Assembly: GCA_965644295.1 (NCBI GenBank)
Contig: CBFFRP010000381.1
Location: 1 to 34,932 of the forward strand
Reading direction: 5' to 3'
Source: Paraphysomonas bandaiensis
Taxonomy: Eukaryota; Protista; Chrysophyceae
DNA length: 34,932 nt
The number at the start of each line of letters is the position of its first letter. Position 1 is the first letter of the stretch. Below are positions 12,567 to 24,959 of the stretch, piece after piece. The notes under the pieces are model-generated. The model saw only the letters and a list, made by a program, of their open reading frames with translations, ran no database searches and was not told the DNA's origin. The translations under genes were made by a program, and so were the position numbers.

Positions 12567-13119
12567 ATATTCAACAAGTGATTTTTGCATTTGTAAGATG
12601 AACTTAGTGCACTCTTCCTAGTCAACTATTTTATTGACTGTATGTCATTGTTGCATGGTTTCGTCGTATAAGTTTATCGCTAGTAACTCGCTCACTGATA
12701 ATAATCCTTCAAATTTATTGCGTATAATTTGTAACCACACATTTGGACATGTGTGAGTGCTTATATGTGAAGTGTACACAGATATATAGGTATTACGCAT
12801 ATCAGAGTGCATGAAACCTTCTTACTGAAGCAAATATTAAAATCAAACTGTTGGAGTTTGGAATGTATCTAGATGTCTAAATAGTGGTTTTAATAAGTGC
12901 AGAGCATTAAATCTCGTGAAAATATAGTACCTATCTTCATAAGTAATTCTTAAGTTTACAAAATTTAACTTTTCACACTATTCAAAGTGCACTATACACT
13001 ATACAGCATGCCCGGGCTAAGTCGTATTCCTAATTCCTAAACACCTACCTCCTCGATTGTAATGCACAGGTGTTTCGCATCTGTGGCATCTATATATACA
13101 TATATACATGCTATACATA

Positions 13120-14364
13120 TTAACAGCTTCGCTTCTTAGGGTTCAACGCACATATACTCTTGGCACACTTTTCTCTATCTAAAACGGCACCAAAACACCC
13201 AGGTTCATGAATGGACGGGTACAATATTTTCATTTCAGGACAATATTTGGTCATTTCTTCCCTAGTATCCCAAGGTATTGAAGGCAATGGGTCGGAGACA
13301 GTAAAAGCAGTTACATTTGCAACTTTACCATACGCGGAGAACTGCTCAATGACCTATTCGTTGTATACACAAACAAATAATTAGTTACACATCACTTTCA
13401 CCCAGCATATAAGAATAAGCTCATATCAGAATATAAGAATATAGTTTAGATATACATCTACTTAAAAATTTGTATGGTGATTTCTGTAGATCACGAATTC
13501 ATATAATCGCAAATGAACTTACCTCATATGATGGAAGTATGAATTTATGTCTTGCCCTCAGCATACGAGATACAAAAAACTCATCTTCTCGTCCCCACGA
13601 CTGGTACGCATTAAGGCGTTCATTCTTCGGTAGCTTCTCCGTCTCTTGAGATAATATCGATAGCATTACTGTGCGATTTCTCAAACTTATACCTCCTCCT
13701 CCAGGCCCTCCCTGAAGTATGTACAATAATGATACAGACGAAATCAATATCAGGTATAGCCATATACCTTGAACAGGCCCCAAGGGGCACCTATGTAATC
13801 ATAGGACATAAAATTTTCAATCGTAAATGGTGAATTTGAGCATATCACATGGTTACCACTAAAAAGTAGTACCTTATCGGCAAGCATTTGCTCCCATATC
13901 CATGGGTGTAACATCAGATGAATTGGTCTCTTTCGTTCACTACTAATAGATTGTGGTATTTTAGTTAGATGGATGCGATCACTTTTTTCAATCAGACGCT
14001 TCAGACCTTTGTTTAAATCTAATCCCGACCAAAATTGAGCATTGTCAATGTGAAATATCTGTAACGGCCAACTACTTGGAATGTTGTTCAGGACATTATA
14101 TATCATAGCCGTATATCGTCTCTGGAACCAAGCCGGCTGATTGTGCATCAGAGTAACAGCTGCACCACTTGGTCGCTGCTTTATATCGACATCATTTCGT
14201 GCACCATCACCCATAACAACGTTTCGAATGGTTTGCGTATTAGCCGTATCAGGGTTGCAGAGGAACTCTTTGCCCTCATTGGTAGGGTGTATGGAATAAT
14301 AATATAATAAGCATGCAAACTGAAGGATACAAACACAATAGAGCACTGATTTGGTGTTTACCAT
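13120..14364 (-). CDS. DUF5672-family (glycosyltransferase-like) type II membrane protein, 3 exons
   Basis: N-terminal TM; WEQMLADKVLLF, FMSYDYIGAPW, GGGGISLRNR, EDEFFV; Cys-rich C-terminus YCPE..IHEPGCFGA..C..IC. Confidence 0.75.
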
Positions 14365-14447
14365 GAGGTAAAAGTGATGGTGGATTGCTTTTTACGTGCA
14401 ATAGATTCTTGCCTAGCTCTAACTGATCTTATCAATGCCTTACATGA

Positions 14448-14593
14448 TATCGGCATCCTTCGTATATTTTTGTTCATATATGCCTCTATTTTTGAGACAA
14501 CAATTGTCTGTATTACAGCCGTAGTTGTATATCAGTAATATAGACGAGTTTTGCTTCAATTTATTTCCGAAAAATATGATGCTGCCTGCCGAT
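14448..14593 (-). repeat. Dispersed ~146 bp promoter-associated element, copy B
   Basis: Its reverse complement aligns with 2741-2862 and 23080-23216. Bounded by the short inverted termini ATCGGCA/TGCCGAT. Confidence 0.88.
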
Positions 14594-15012
14594 CAGCGAT
14601 ATGTACTACTGCTGTATTCCATACAACTCTATCTACAGTACCGCTGTGTGTATGTGTGCATACAGCACTGTATTCTACACTTGCTACAGTATTTTCACTC
14701 TGTCTATTCTGTATTTTCGAATGAAATTGTCCGGATGGAAACCGTAATATTTCAATATTTTAACTATACAATCTACGCTACTTAAAAATTGTCTTGAGAA
14801 CAAATATATATTTCGACGGGAGGTACAAATACATAGAGATGCTACTCGTATGTGTAGCTACATGTGCGTGAATCTCGAGATCAAGGAGGTTAAATGCAGC
14901 ATCCACAGCAGTAGCATTCTATCAGTCAATACTCTCATTAAAATTCATTTCTCTTCAATGACATGGTCTCCATATATTACTGTATCTAAATACAATACTT
15001 TAAACTGATAGA

Positions 15013-16511
15013 ATGTTCCAAGAATTCTTTAAATCAGCTACCAGTGTACTGTATATGACACCCGAAGAACCTCCTCGACACTTCATAGATACTGATATAT
15101 CCACATGTATGTGCTGGAGGAAAACACCATTAGATCGTATGAAACTGATTGATTCAATCAGATTACATGTCCCAACAGATCAAGAGAGAAGTAACCTTAA
15201 GATACCTCATCATATACATAGAGTTGATATGATGGATCTGTCGAAGGTGTTAATGATGTGTGGGGGTCATAATGGTGTGAAGTTTACCGATGAGGAGATG
15301 TCGTCTATTATATTACTTGTGAAGGATTTGAACGGGTTCATATGGCAATTAGAAACTCATTTCCACAGTATGGCACATGACGTTGTTAACAGCAGCTTGG
15401 ATGGCGAACTACTGGATGATAGGGGACTTCTGTCGGAAGCGATTAATCTTTCAGAGCGCGACCTGTTGGTTTTAAGTTTTCACATGAAGGCAGATACTAT
15501 TTTTAGGCTTCTGAGTAACCTGCAGTCCACTATACGGAACAAGTATCAAGAACAACTCTGCCAGGCCTCGAGGAGGCATACATCAGGTTTTCCCTATATT
15601 TCACGATATATATGTCTGCATATTTTTCTATTTTCCGTTTGCTATATAAGAGTGTGCGATATATATGCCTGTGTTCCATGAATGCCTGATTCTCTACGAT
15701 GTGTCCTCTAGGATCTCGAGCTTTACTAACTCGCCAGTGTGACCCAGCGTTACCCAACACAAATATAATAGAACCTTGGCTGGAAGTACTGCTGAACAAA
15801 TTTCGCAGAGAGTATATGAATGTTCAAATGTTGGAGCATGATACAAATGTGTTGCGATCCGTGGTAAAGGAAGCTCAACACCAACAAATTCAGTGTCGCC
15901 AACGAAAGTTGCACCAGAAAAAATATGGTTGGAGGGGCATGTCTAACAGGAAATATTCCCAAGACAATGAAAATGCGTCATATGCAATAGATAGTAGCCA
16001 ATCAGATTCTATGCAGTTCAGATATCTGCAAGTGAAAGAAGAAAGTGAAGATAGCTATAAAGAGTTAAAACGAATAGGTGTAAAATTAGGACTGTTTTGT
16101 GCGTTTTTAAGTTGTTGCTTGTGCTGTGGGATACCTTGTAGTAATACGGAACAGAGAGCCTTGTTTCAGGTACGATTGCTTGATGTAGCAAGCTGCATGG
16201 GTTATGTTGGGCTCAAGAGTGCGAGCTGGTGTATGTGCGTGTGTCGTGTTTAATTATGTATGTTTGGCTATGTTACTGTATTTTATATTTATTATGTACA
16301 GCTGATTTACCTCAGTCGAGATGAGAAAGCAATGAGGAGCGGATCCCTTTCTGTGGACAGTATTTCTCAAGATTACGTGTTTTCGTATACACAGAAGTAC
16401 TGGGCGAATAGACTATTTGAATTCCTGCGAGACACTGCCATGAGAGAATTTGCATGTGTGGCTGAAGAATCCCTTTTCAATTTCAATTCGATTTTATCTG
16501 TGTGCTTATAG
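15013..16511 (+). CDS. Uncharacterised helical protein, probably 3 exons
   Basis: Three long consecutive ORFs joinable by GT-AG introns (about 15588-15710 and 16170-16301). No motif recognised. Confidence 0.6.
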
Positions 16512-16893
16512 TTTATATAAATACCATTTACAAATAATCGTTTCTGGTGGTGTTAAGTCGTAAATGTGTCGTGGTATTGTGTACTGTAATCAGTTAATGA
16601 CTGTTCGTGATTTTTAAAGTATCATGAATTTTACTCACCGAGTATATCTACCAAACTACCTACTAAAAATCCGACTTCTTACTTCCGAATACTACTCTTC
16701 TTTCACAGATACATCACTCGTACTTTTACTCCAACAACGATGGTGAATATCAAAGAATATTGTGTGTTACCAAAATTCAATTATATTAATTAATGGTTAT
16801 ATACATATGGGCTGATGGTCCATTGTCGCAACATGCAGAAGTGGTTGCATCTATGTCAATTCTTGCTTAAATCTCCCTTATGACATCAGTCGC

Positions 16894-17447
16894 CTACGTT
16901 GCGTCTTGTGACTTGTCATTTTCCTGAGGTTCCTCAGCCTTCTCATCCTCATTAGATTCTTTAACTCGCCAAAGCAACCCTGCGAAACACCCGAATGATA
17001 CCATAAGTATAAAGCATTGTCGATTGTGAAGGGGACAAAAATACCTGCCACTGTTTTATCGAGCTCCGGGTCCGAGTTTTTGAGCTGAAGGTAACATTAC
17101 ACGTTAATAGACACCACTTACTATACTATAAACTCCTTACTTTATTGAAATGATTCTGCATCCGACTATTTCTACTCTCAATATCTTTAACTTTAAAGGT
17201 ATTGGTCTTTACCTGTGCACATATCATAATCATCACTCTTATCGTATCACACGTGCAGACTGTGTACCAGTTCGGCAATTTTCTCATCATCTGTTTTTGA
17301 ATATGCGTTTGAGAACCAGAATGCTATTCCTGTTGGTATGGTAAACATAACCAGGAACTTGGCTAACTCTGACTGTATATATGTATATATAACAACAGTT
17401 AGACACAGTGAGAAAATACAAGAGAAGAGGGTTACATTTATCTTCAT
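16894..17447 (-). CDS. Small single-pass membrane protein (~104 aa, 5 exons), possibly a PET100/Cbp4-like mitochondrial assembly factor
   Basis: Spliced: MKIN|SELAKFLVMFTIPTGIAFWFSNAYSKTDDEKIAEL|VKTNTFKVKDIESRNSRMQNHFNK|LKNSDPELDKTVA|GLLWRVKESNEDEKAEEPQENDKSQDAT*. All four introns are GT-AG and keep frame. The family assignment is a resemblance only. Confidence 0.65.
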
Positions 17448-18169
17448 TGTTGTTGTTTGAAACACCGGTATAGGGGTATTGGTGGAGGGAGTGGATGCAG
17501 TTGTGAGGGGGTGAGATGTATAGAGTATGTAAGGTGAAAGTTCTGTCCACTTAATTCACATCACGACACAATGACTGCCATAACCATATACACATACTGT
17601 ATACACATACACTGCTGTATGTATGTATATATATGTATGTGTGCATATACATACAGCAGACTATACGTCATACTTCTAGAAATACTGCTGTAGGATTGCC
17701 TACTACGTACATATATGAATGTATGTACACTGTCGAAGTACGGTATGTGGAGGTACAACTGAGGAAATTCTTCAAAAAAGCCTATATTTGAGGAAAATAA
17801 CGAAAAATCCCATATATTTTTCCATAGAATATGAAAATTTTCGTACAATGAACATGTAGATACTCTATATAGAACATCAGTATACGGTATACATATACAC
17901 CAATATGTATAGATACTGCTGTGTACTGCTGTATATACAGTCCTGTGTATGTATGTATGCTGATATAGAAGCCTCTACATATATATACATACATACATAT
18001 CAACAGAGCAGATCTCCAACATACACCTCGCCATGTCAATCCCCATCACATTCACCACTCCATCCATATATTTCTCTATCAAACAGGGTGTGTAGTAGTA
18101 TATCTCTTCTCGTTCACTCCTCTTAACGGCTGTATTCATACATACATACATACATACACATACACACAT

Positions 18170-21100
18170 ATGGACTCCACTGATACTAACATAGAAGCCA
18201 TCTGTATAGATGCCATACAATCCGTGTTTCCTGACATAACAGATCTCCGTATAAAGTGTGCGGAGTGTGGTGTCCCGGCTAACTATAGAGGGCAGGTATG
18301 GAGCCTGCTGCTGTCGGGCTCCATCAGCCCTGACAGTGAAGTCGAAGACACCAGAAACATTAACATGGAGATCATGAATCAGAATGAACTGGAATCGGAT
18401 ATCTCTGCTTTATCTCATCATCTTTTTCGTAAACACGATTTGGATGAGGATTCTGTTAAGCGGTCCATTAGGTGCATTATATCGTTATATTGCAAGCGGC
18501 AGAATCTCCCGTATTTGCCATTCATGAGCGATGTTCTAGTTCCTTTATTGGTTTGCTCCTGTTCTCTATCACCTCCTATAGCTTCGTCTTGCTTCTATTC
18601 CCTTTGTAATTCTTTTCTTCCTGTGTACGGGTACTATTCGAATTCTACAATTCTGTCGTGCTCTGCATTTGAGCTCCGTAGAAATGAACTAATAAAAGAT
18701 AAACTATCTGCATGGTTACGACTACTAGTTGCCTATCACTTTCCTACACTTGCACTTCATCTCGATTCGGTACATCCCAACTGGGAACGACTTGTACACC
18801 GTGAAAATCGGACTGGGAACTATACAGATGGCATGATTCCCATATCTTGGGTGTGTGGCGTATTTGCTGGCTGCATTCTTTCCCCAGATGCGCTTTTGGT
18901 TCTCTGGGATTGGTGTATTGTTCACGACCAGCCCATGGGAGGTCTATACCTATCTGCGTCGCTATTAGGAGCACATGAAGAGACATTGCTGACGTTAACT
19001 TCTCCGCAGCAGGTGACTCATCATTACCCGTTTGTGCACGTGTGATTTATATACAGTATATAAATATATATGACATGAACGTTGTTTTTAAGTTTTTATG
19101 CAGCTCCACGAATGGGTGACATCCATGTGTTCTGGTGGGTCTGTTCGCCTCAAGACCTCTCCCTTGTTTCCGTGCGAGCACTCGGGTGGTACTGAAGACA
19201 AGCCGTTTGGGGCGTTGGAAAACAACCTTGATGATAGTATAGAGTATGACGATGACGATGAGTTCAACATGACAGGAAGAAATTTAGGAATGGGTCGTGG
19301 ACTCGCTAATAGAGGAAATACAGGCCTGAACTTGGTGTCGCTTGGTCAGTCTCTTAAAACTTCATCATCCGGTGTCACAGCAGCCTCTCCAGAAGCAAGT
19401 CAGAACACAAAAGCCTCAGTGGGATTTTACGATATCCCTTGTGAATATGATGATAACGAAGAGCCAATTGAAGCTAACCCAGAAGTAGCGATGAAAAATT
19501 CAAATACAACTGTAGAGAGCGATGAGAACTCCACTTGTGAGGAAAAATTAATTAACTGCGGACATAGTACAGCAGGCGATAGTAGCATCGTAGAGAAGGC
19601 TTTTCTATGTGGATGGGTGAAATGTACATCCGTATTGATGCGAAATACACCTATTACATTCCAGAAAGCAGTAAAAACAGTGCCTGATTGGGCCGCAGCA
19701 CGTGCTCGAAGTGAGCTTGTGGTTTGTGATACTTTTGAGCAACTGGGTGATGATGAACAGGAGTTAGATAAATCTAATCATAATTGGGGCAGGCTCAGTA
19801 GAAGCAACAGTGTCGGCAGTGATAGTGATCTCAGTGCAGATATGCAGCAGTGTGGGGTGTTTCGTGAAGAATCAGATACCTCACTGTATAGTGAATCCAT
19901 GAAGCCACATGACCCGACTGGGAGTCCGGATAAAACTAATACAGACTCTGCATTGCATATGACGGATATAAACTCAGGTATAGCTGCTTACGGCAAAGCA
20001 CTGTGGACGAAGGGATATGATATGATGTCTCTTAAGGTAATTTCGCAATTTTGTCCATTGTCATATTACGACGCCTGCATACTGCCAATATGCAGCTTGG
20101 CCAACTTGTATATCTAGTCAACTGAGAAACGTAATCGTAGCTAACAGATGTCTATACAGTCTGCAGGAATCTCCAACCAAATCGACGAAGGGAATGATAA
20201 CACCCCCACGACGACGTTGTCGTCAACTTCGTCCCGGTATACCTATCATACACCCACATATCGGGCATGCATGTTCACAAGCGCTAATGAGGTTTTACCT
20301 TGCGTATGTTCCACTCGACGACGTGATAATATCAGCTCAAGAATGTTATTTCAAGAAGCCTTTCGTAATGCTGCAATGTCTGTTCTATCCGGTGATGGTG
20401 GCACGAATGATTCCTCTTCACCAAGCCTTCCTTCTCCATCAACAGATAATTTGCATGTGTCAGAAAAACCATTTTTTTTTGCTGTGGACTGCTGGCCAGA
20501 AGATGATAATGCAGTAGGGAGAAGACCATTCAGAATACCCAAAGCTTTCACCATGCCTTATACAGCTGTTGTGGACGCTACTGCAATGTCTAATATGCTC
20601 TCTGTACTTGAACCGCTGTCAAATATGGTTCATATTGTGCTTATTGGAAAAGGCCATGAGTTCATAAGACAACATGAGAATAGAAAGTTGGCGCAATTGA
20701 GTCCGAAATCTAAGCCTAAAGTGTTGGATGAGGGTTTGCTCAGCATCGCAACAGCGGTAGGTTGCGCTTGTATTTTCTGATTATTCTCTTTTTTTATTGC
20801 AGATGGTGTATTGTAGAATATAATTATGTTTGGCAATAGCTTCTTGCGTTTTCGTAACATTTGTTTATCAGGAAGAAGATGCCCAGATTGGTGCAATGGC
20901 TATGTCTCTCATAAAACACGGTTTCTCTCACGTGTCTATCCTGGAGGGAGGATATGGCTCCGTCCTGCGCTACTTGCGGTATTGTGATGGTCTGGGCGGA
21001 CTTGACACAGATGGTAGTGAATGTACTCCATCATCTTCAATCGATACACCATCAAAGAACCCCAAAAGAGGTGACCACGAGAATGAATCTCTTGGGTTGC

Positions 21101-21270
21101 ATGTGCTGGTGGATGTCGACCAAGACGAAGTTGACTGTCTCTTCTCTCCTCATAAGGCATCTTCACGCGCACAAGGGACGATGGGCCTCACACATTCAGC
21201 TGGAGTAACAGAAGCTATATCAAGTATGATGTTGAAAACTCGAACTCCATTTAGCTCCTTTTTCTCTTAG
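18170..21270 (+). CDS. TBC1D23: TBC + rhodanese domain protein (TBC1D23-like)
   Basis: TBC: GVPANYRGQVWSLLL, RLLVAYHFPTLALHLD, LWDWC. Rhodanese: FFAVDC, HIVLIGKG, EEDAQIGAMAMSLIKHGFSHVSILEGGY. The Arg and Gln fingers are absent, as in TBC1D23. Introns at about 19013-19103, 20037-20118 and 20757-20871. Confidence 0.75.
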
Positions 21271-21622
21271 CTAGAGTATAAATTTAATACGTAATAATGT
21301 ATGATAGTAAATAAATTACCCCTGCTAACGTTAATCAATAAATTACTATTTGCTGAGTGTTATGTCATAGATACCGTTGTAGATGTTTGATTATGTACAA
21401 CAACTATCTAACTATCTGATGCTAATAATTATGTATCAATAATCTTGATATACATGTAGCACAGAAATATCGTAATCGTAGAGTTGTGCACTAGGAGTGC
21501 AAAGGCGCTTTATGAGGATGATTCAGTTTTAGCTAGACAATTACAATAAACTGGCAAAACTTTTCGATCGAAAAGCATATATTGCTGTATACGGATTCTA
21601 AAGAGCTGTTTACATATACACA

Positions 21623-22593
21623 CTATAGTAGCCCATGTCGGCGCATGTATTCTTTCTGAAATTCAAACGCACTCAAAGTTATGCCGAAGAGGGGACTTAC
21701 CACTGCCACTCTAGGTAATAGACCCTTAAAAAATGCTGTTGCTCCTTCTTCACGAAGCACAGTACGAAATACGCCCATGATATTTCCATACTTTTCTTTC
21801 CCACCCACCATCTGTAAGCGAGTCTTGACGACATCACATGGAGTGACGCATCCCGCCCCAATTCCTCCCGCTACACAACCTGACACCAACTGGCTGTAGA
21901 ACCCAGTTTTCCCCTCTTCGTTGGCCAAAAGCGACGATATGTTGGCATACAAAGGAAAAAATATAAACGAGAACGGAACATCTCTGAGTAGCGTCGAGCA
22001 TGTGCCCCTATACACACCGCTTAATCCAAGTTCTCGAATTATCGCTACAGTTGATTTTCGGTTCTCCTTGGGTAAGGTGGCTTGTAGCTGAAGACGAATT
22101 TTCACTAACTCCATTGGATTAGTAGCAATCACTTGACAGAAGCCCGCCATACCACCAGCCAGTACCTCTTGGTATAATTTAATAGAGCCATCAGGACCCT
22201 CAAAGGATTCTCTGAAAAATTCATTGGCAGCTAACTTGATAGCCTTTTCAGGAAGCACACCAATTAAATTAATCGGAAGCCCGCTATAAAAGCTCAGTAC
22301 GCCACCTGTAATAAGACATGAATGGGTTCTACCGTTCACTATCTGCTCACTTACCAGTGCGTATGAGCCTCTTTGTACAGTCTATTGGACCAGAGTAGAG
22401 CTTCGCGTCGACTTGTAGCCGTGTCTTCACAATATCTATCGGATAGATACAACATGTGCCTATGAACCCCTATATAAGGTATGCATGAGGATAGACACGG
22501 CAGTTATATGCTTGTTATTACTGCTGCTGCTCCTACTGTCAGCTTCCATACTAATGGAACCTTCTTCGGCTTATTGACTTGAACTTCTGTCAT
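21623..22593 (-). CDS. Mitochondrial carrier (SLC25), glutamate or aspartate-glutamate carrier type, 3 exons
   Basis: Three signature motifs PIDIVKTRLQ, PMELVKIRLQ and PCDVVKTRLQ. PEKAIKLAAN and RDVPFS are typical of the SLC25A22/A12 subfamily. No EF-hand extension. Confidence 0.92.
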
Positions 22594-23078
22594 ATCTTAT
22601 TGCAATGAATAGATGAGGGATTGATTCTATTGGAGTTTGTGTATATATCGCCTTATAGGGATATCTTATAGCTATATATGTGTGTATGTGTGTGTCTGTG
22701 TGTGTAATTCAACTTGAAACTCTGCAAGTATGACTGGATCAAGTCTATGTATGTGTTTATTAGCCTATCATATAGTAGGAAATGTAAATGGAGTATTATA
22801 ATTGGTTGAAGGGAATCATATGTGTGAATCAAACAGCTGCTATAGTGGGTGTGGATAGCAAATCAGGGTTATGTAAATATGATTATTCGTAGATGATTGG
22901 TTGAAATATCAAGTGGAATAACATCTGTGAGTGTGTATGCTAAAAATACCTATAAAAACACCGAGTATTCTACAAAAATACCCCTTTTCTGTATAAAAAT
23001 TCCCAGTGTACTATTATATTGTTTTTGTACTGCTGTACACTCTACTGCTATAGGTCTAGAAGTACATATGCTGGACAT

Positions 23079-23216
23079 TATCGGCAGTCTGCATCGTATT
23101 TTTTCGGTAATAAATTGAAGCAAATATTATCTACATATCTCAAATATAACTACGGCTGGAATACAGATAATTATTGTCTCAATATTTGAGGCATCTTTCA
23201 ACAAAAATAAACAAAC
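23079..23216 (+). repeat. Dispersed promoter-associated element, copy C
   Basis: Ungapped match of 23105-23216 to 2741-2852; the 5' end ATCGGCAG..GCATC is shared with copy B. Confidence 0.9.
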
Positions 23217-24281
23217 ACTCATATCCGCAGATCATTCGACTCCTCTACCGCGCTGTTCTATTCATAAGGACTAAACACATAGTCACAGTCACCTGTCAGT
23301 CCCTGCATACAGCAGCAGCAGCAGCAGCAGAGGGTCCCGCTATCAGATGATGGAACTCAATATAAAGAAGAAGTCTTCTCATCCACACTCACATACACAC
23401 ACTTATCTTCACTGATAACTGAATTAATCTACTAATCAACATACTCGGAGACAACAATGGGGCCTTGTGTGTTACCACATGCAGGCAGATCGGTTCTCTC
23501 TGCGGGGTGTCTTTATTGAACCCCCCTGTACAACTACTCGTAATTGCTTCCAATCTGTGCTTCGTCATTCTCGTAGAATTTGCTCATATCAACAGATCTA
23601 TCGCGTTAGTACCCCACACAATCGGTTTTAACTCCATCCTCCTCTTCCACGAGCTGCATCCAGTCGACGATTTGTTCGTGTAGATGAAATAGGTATTAGG
23701 CTTCTTTACACTATGATATTTTCCATTAATGCCGATATTTTTACTTTTCACTTCTCAAATGAAAGTCATCAACATGGCGAGAGTTTAATTTTGGTATGGA
23801 ATATATCGTGAACGTCACATGCGTTTCCATTATTCGTTTCGGATAACGCAGTTTCATTGAAAGCACGTGAGACTCCAATTTAGTATGCTTAAAAAGTAAG
23901 TGTGAGTAGTGATTTACATACTTGAAAAAATCTGGAAAACTTTATGTTGTATCTTCTTTGTGAAAAATTTTGGAAGATAAGTTATATTTCTGTACGGATA
24001 ACTTATTGTGTGTAGTGTATACAAATATATCTAGTTATTACATTGTTTGTACTGCTATGTTAAAATGTATATGTGAATAGAAAAATGTATAAATTTGTTG
24101 TATAAAATAATTTAAAATAATAATAATTCGAAAAGTTAATAACTAATTCGAAGGAATTATTGAATTTGCTCCCTTGTAATGATACGATGTATTAAACCAA
24201 CAATATTATTTCTCCTTCATATTGCTGTTTATGTAATACGGATTTTAAATAACTGCAACTTCGTATACTACAGACACATTT

Positions 24282-24959
24282 CTACTTCTTGGTAGCAGAT
24301 TTCTTTGCTCGCTTGCTTGATGTTGAGGAGCTCGATGTTGAGGAGCTCATATCTCCTACATTGTATCCTCGTCTCCAGGAGTGCAAATGTGATGTAGGGG
24401 CGGGTCTCCATAAGGGGCAATTCGCTAAATGTTTAGACTGCGTTGGAGCGTGGCGGCCTGCATTGTAGTCGTGGCTATTGTAATATCTTTTCGTTGACTC
24501 CGTGGACGAATATCCTTTAGTCGCATGACACGTGCACTCCTCTCCCAGCTTGTAACCACGTTTTTTACACTCGCGATGAAATACAGGGTTGATGCACACA
24601 ATTATATTAGTTCCACATCCATGTCGCCATATACCACGTAGTTGTAGTTCAGACTCGTCTACTCCATTGATAAGCTCATATATTTCATGTGGGAGTGCTT
24701 TCGGTTGTTTAAGAGCACTCAACTTTCTGTTGACTTTCGGTAAGAGCCCATCAAGAATACTCCACTGACCAGATGTGCTCACAGAGGATAGCGCTATAAG
24801 CAGTGGAGTATCAAGCGGGTTAGTGTGTGTTACCGTTTCTCTATTAGATTTAGTGGGCTTCTCGTCATCATCATCATTAGCAGCAGCTGCTGCAGATATG
24901 TCATAGTCTGCTGCACTATCAGCACTATCAGCATCATTCGATGGAGTTAAACGATCCAT
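24282..24959 (-). CDS. Intronless 225-aa orphan ORF with a Cys/His-rich central region
   Basis: ATG-initiated ORF: acidic N-terminus, H-x-C..C..H-x2-C..CxC-H..H..C cluster, Ser/Lys-rich NLS-like tail. No family recognised. Confidence 0.4.
   Translation of the reverse strand: MDRLTPSNDADSADSAADYDISAAAAANDDDDEKPTKSNRETVTHTNPLDTPLLIALSSVSTSGQWSILDGLLPKVNRKLSALKQPKALPHEIYELINGVDESELQLRGIWRHGCGTNIIVCINPVFHRECKKRGYKLGEECTCHATKGYSSTESTKRYYNSHDYNAGRHAPTQSKHLANCPLWRPAPTSHLHSWRRGYNVGDMSSSTSSSSTSSKRAKKSATKK

Noticed and set aside
14708-14815. Possible fourth copy of the promoter repeat
   Set aside because: Only short AT-rich matches; it cannot be aligned convincingly.
17784-17808. Similarity to the MITE interior (TATATTT.AG..AAATAACGAAAAA, about 7745-7769)
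   Set aside because: Too short and AT-rich to exclude chance.
23460-23683. Stop-codon reassignment to explain in-frame TAA/TAG
   Set aside because: Conserved genes here end normally at TAA, TAG and TGA and have no internal stops.
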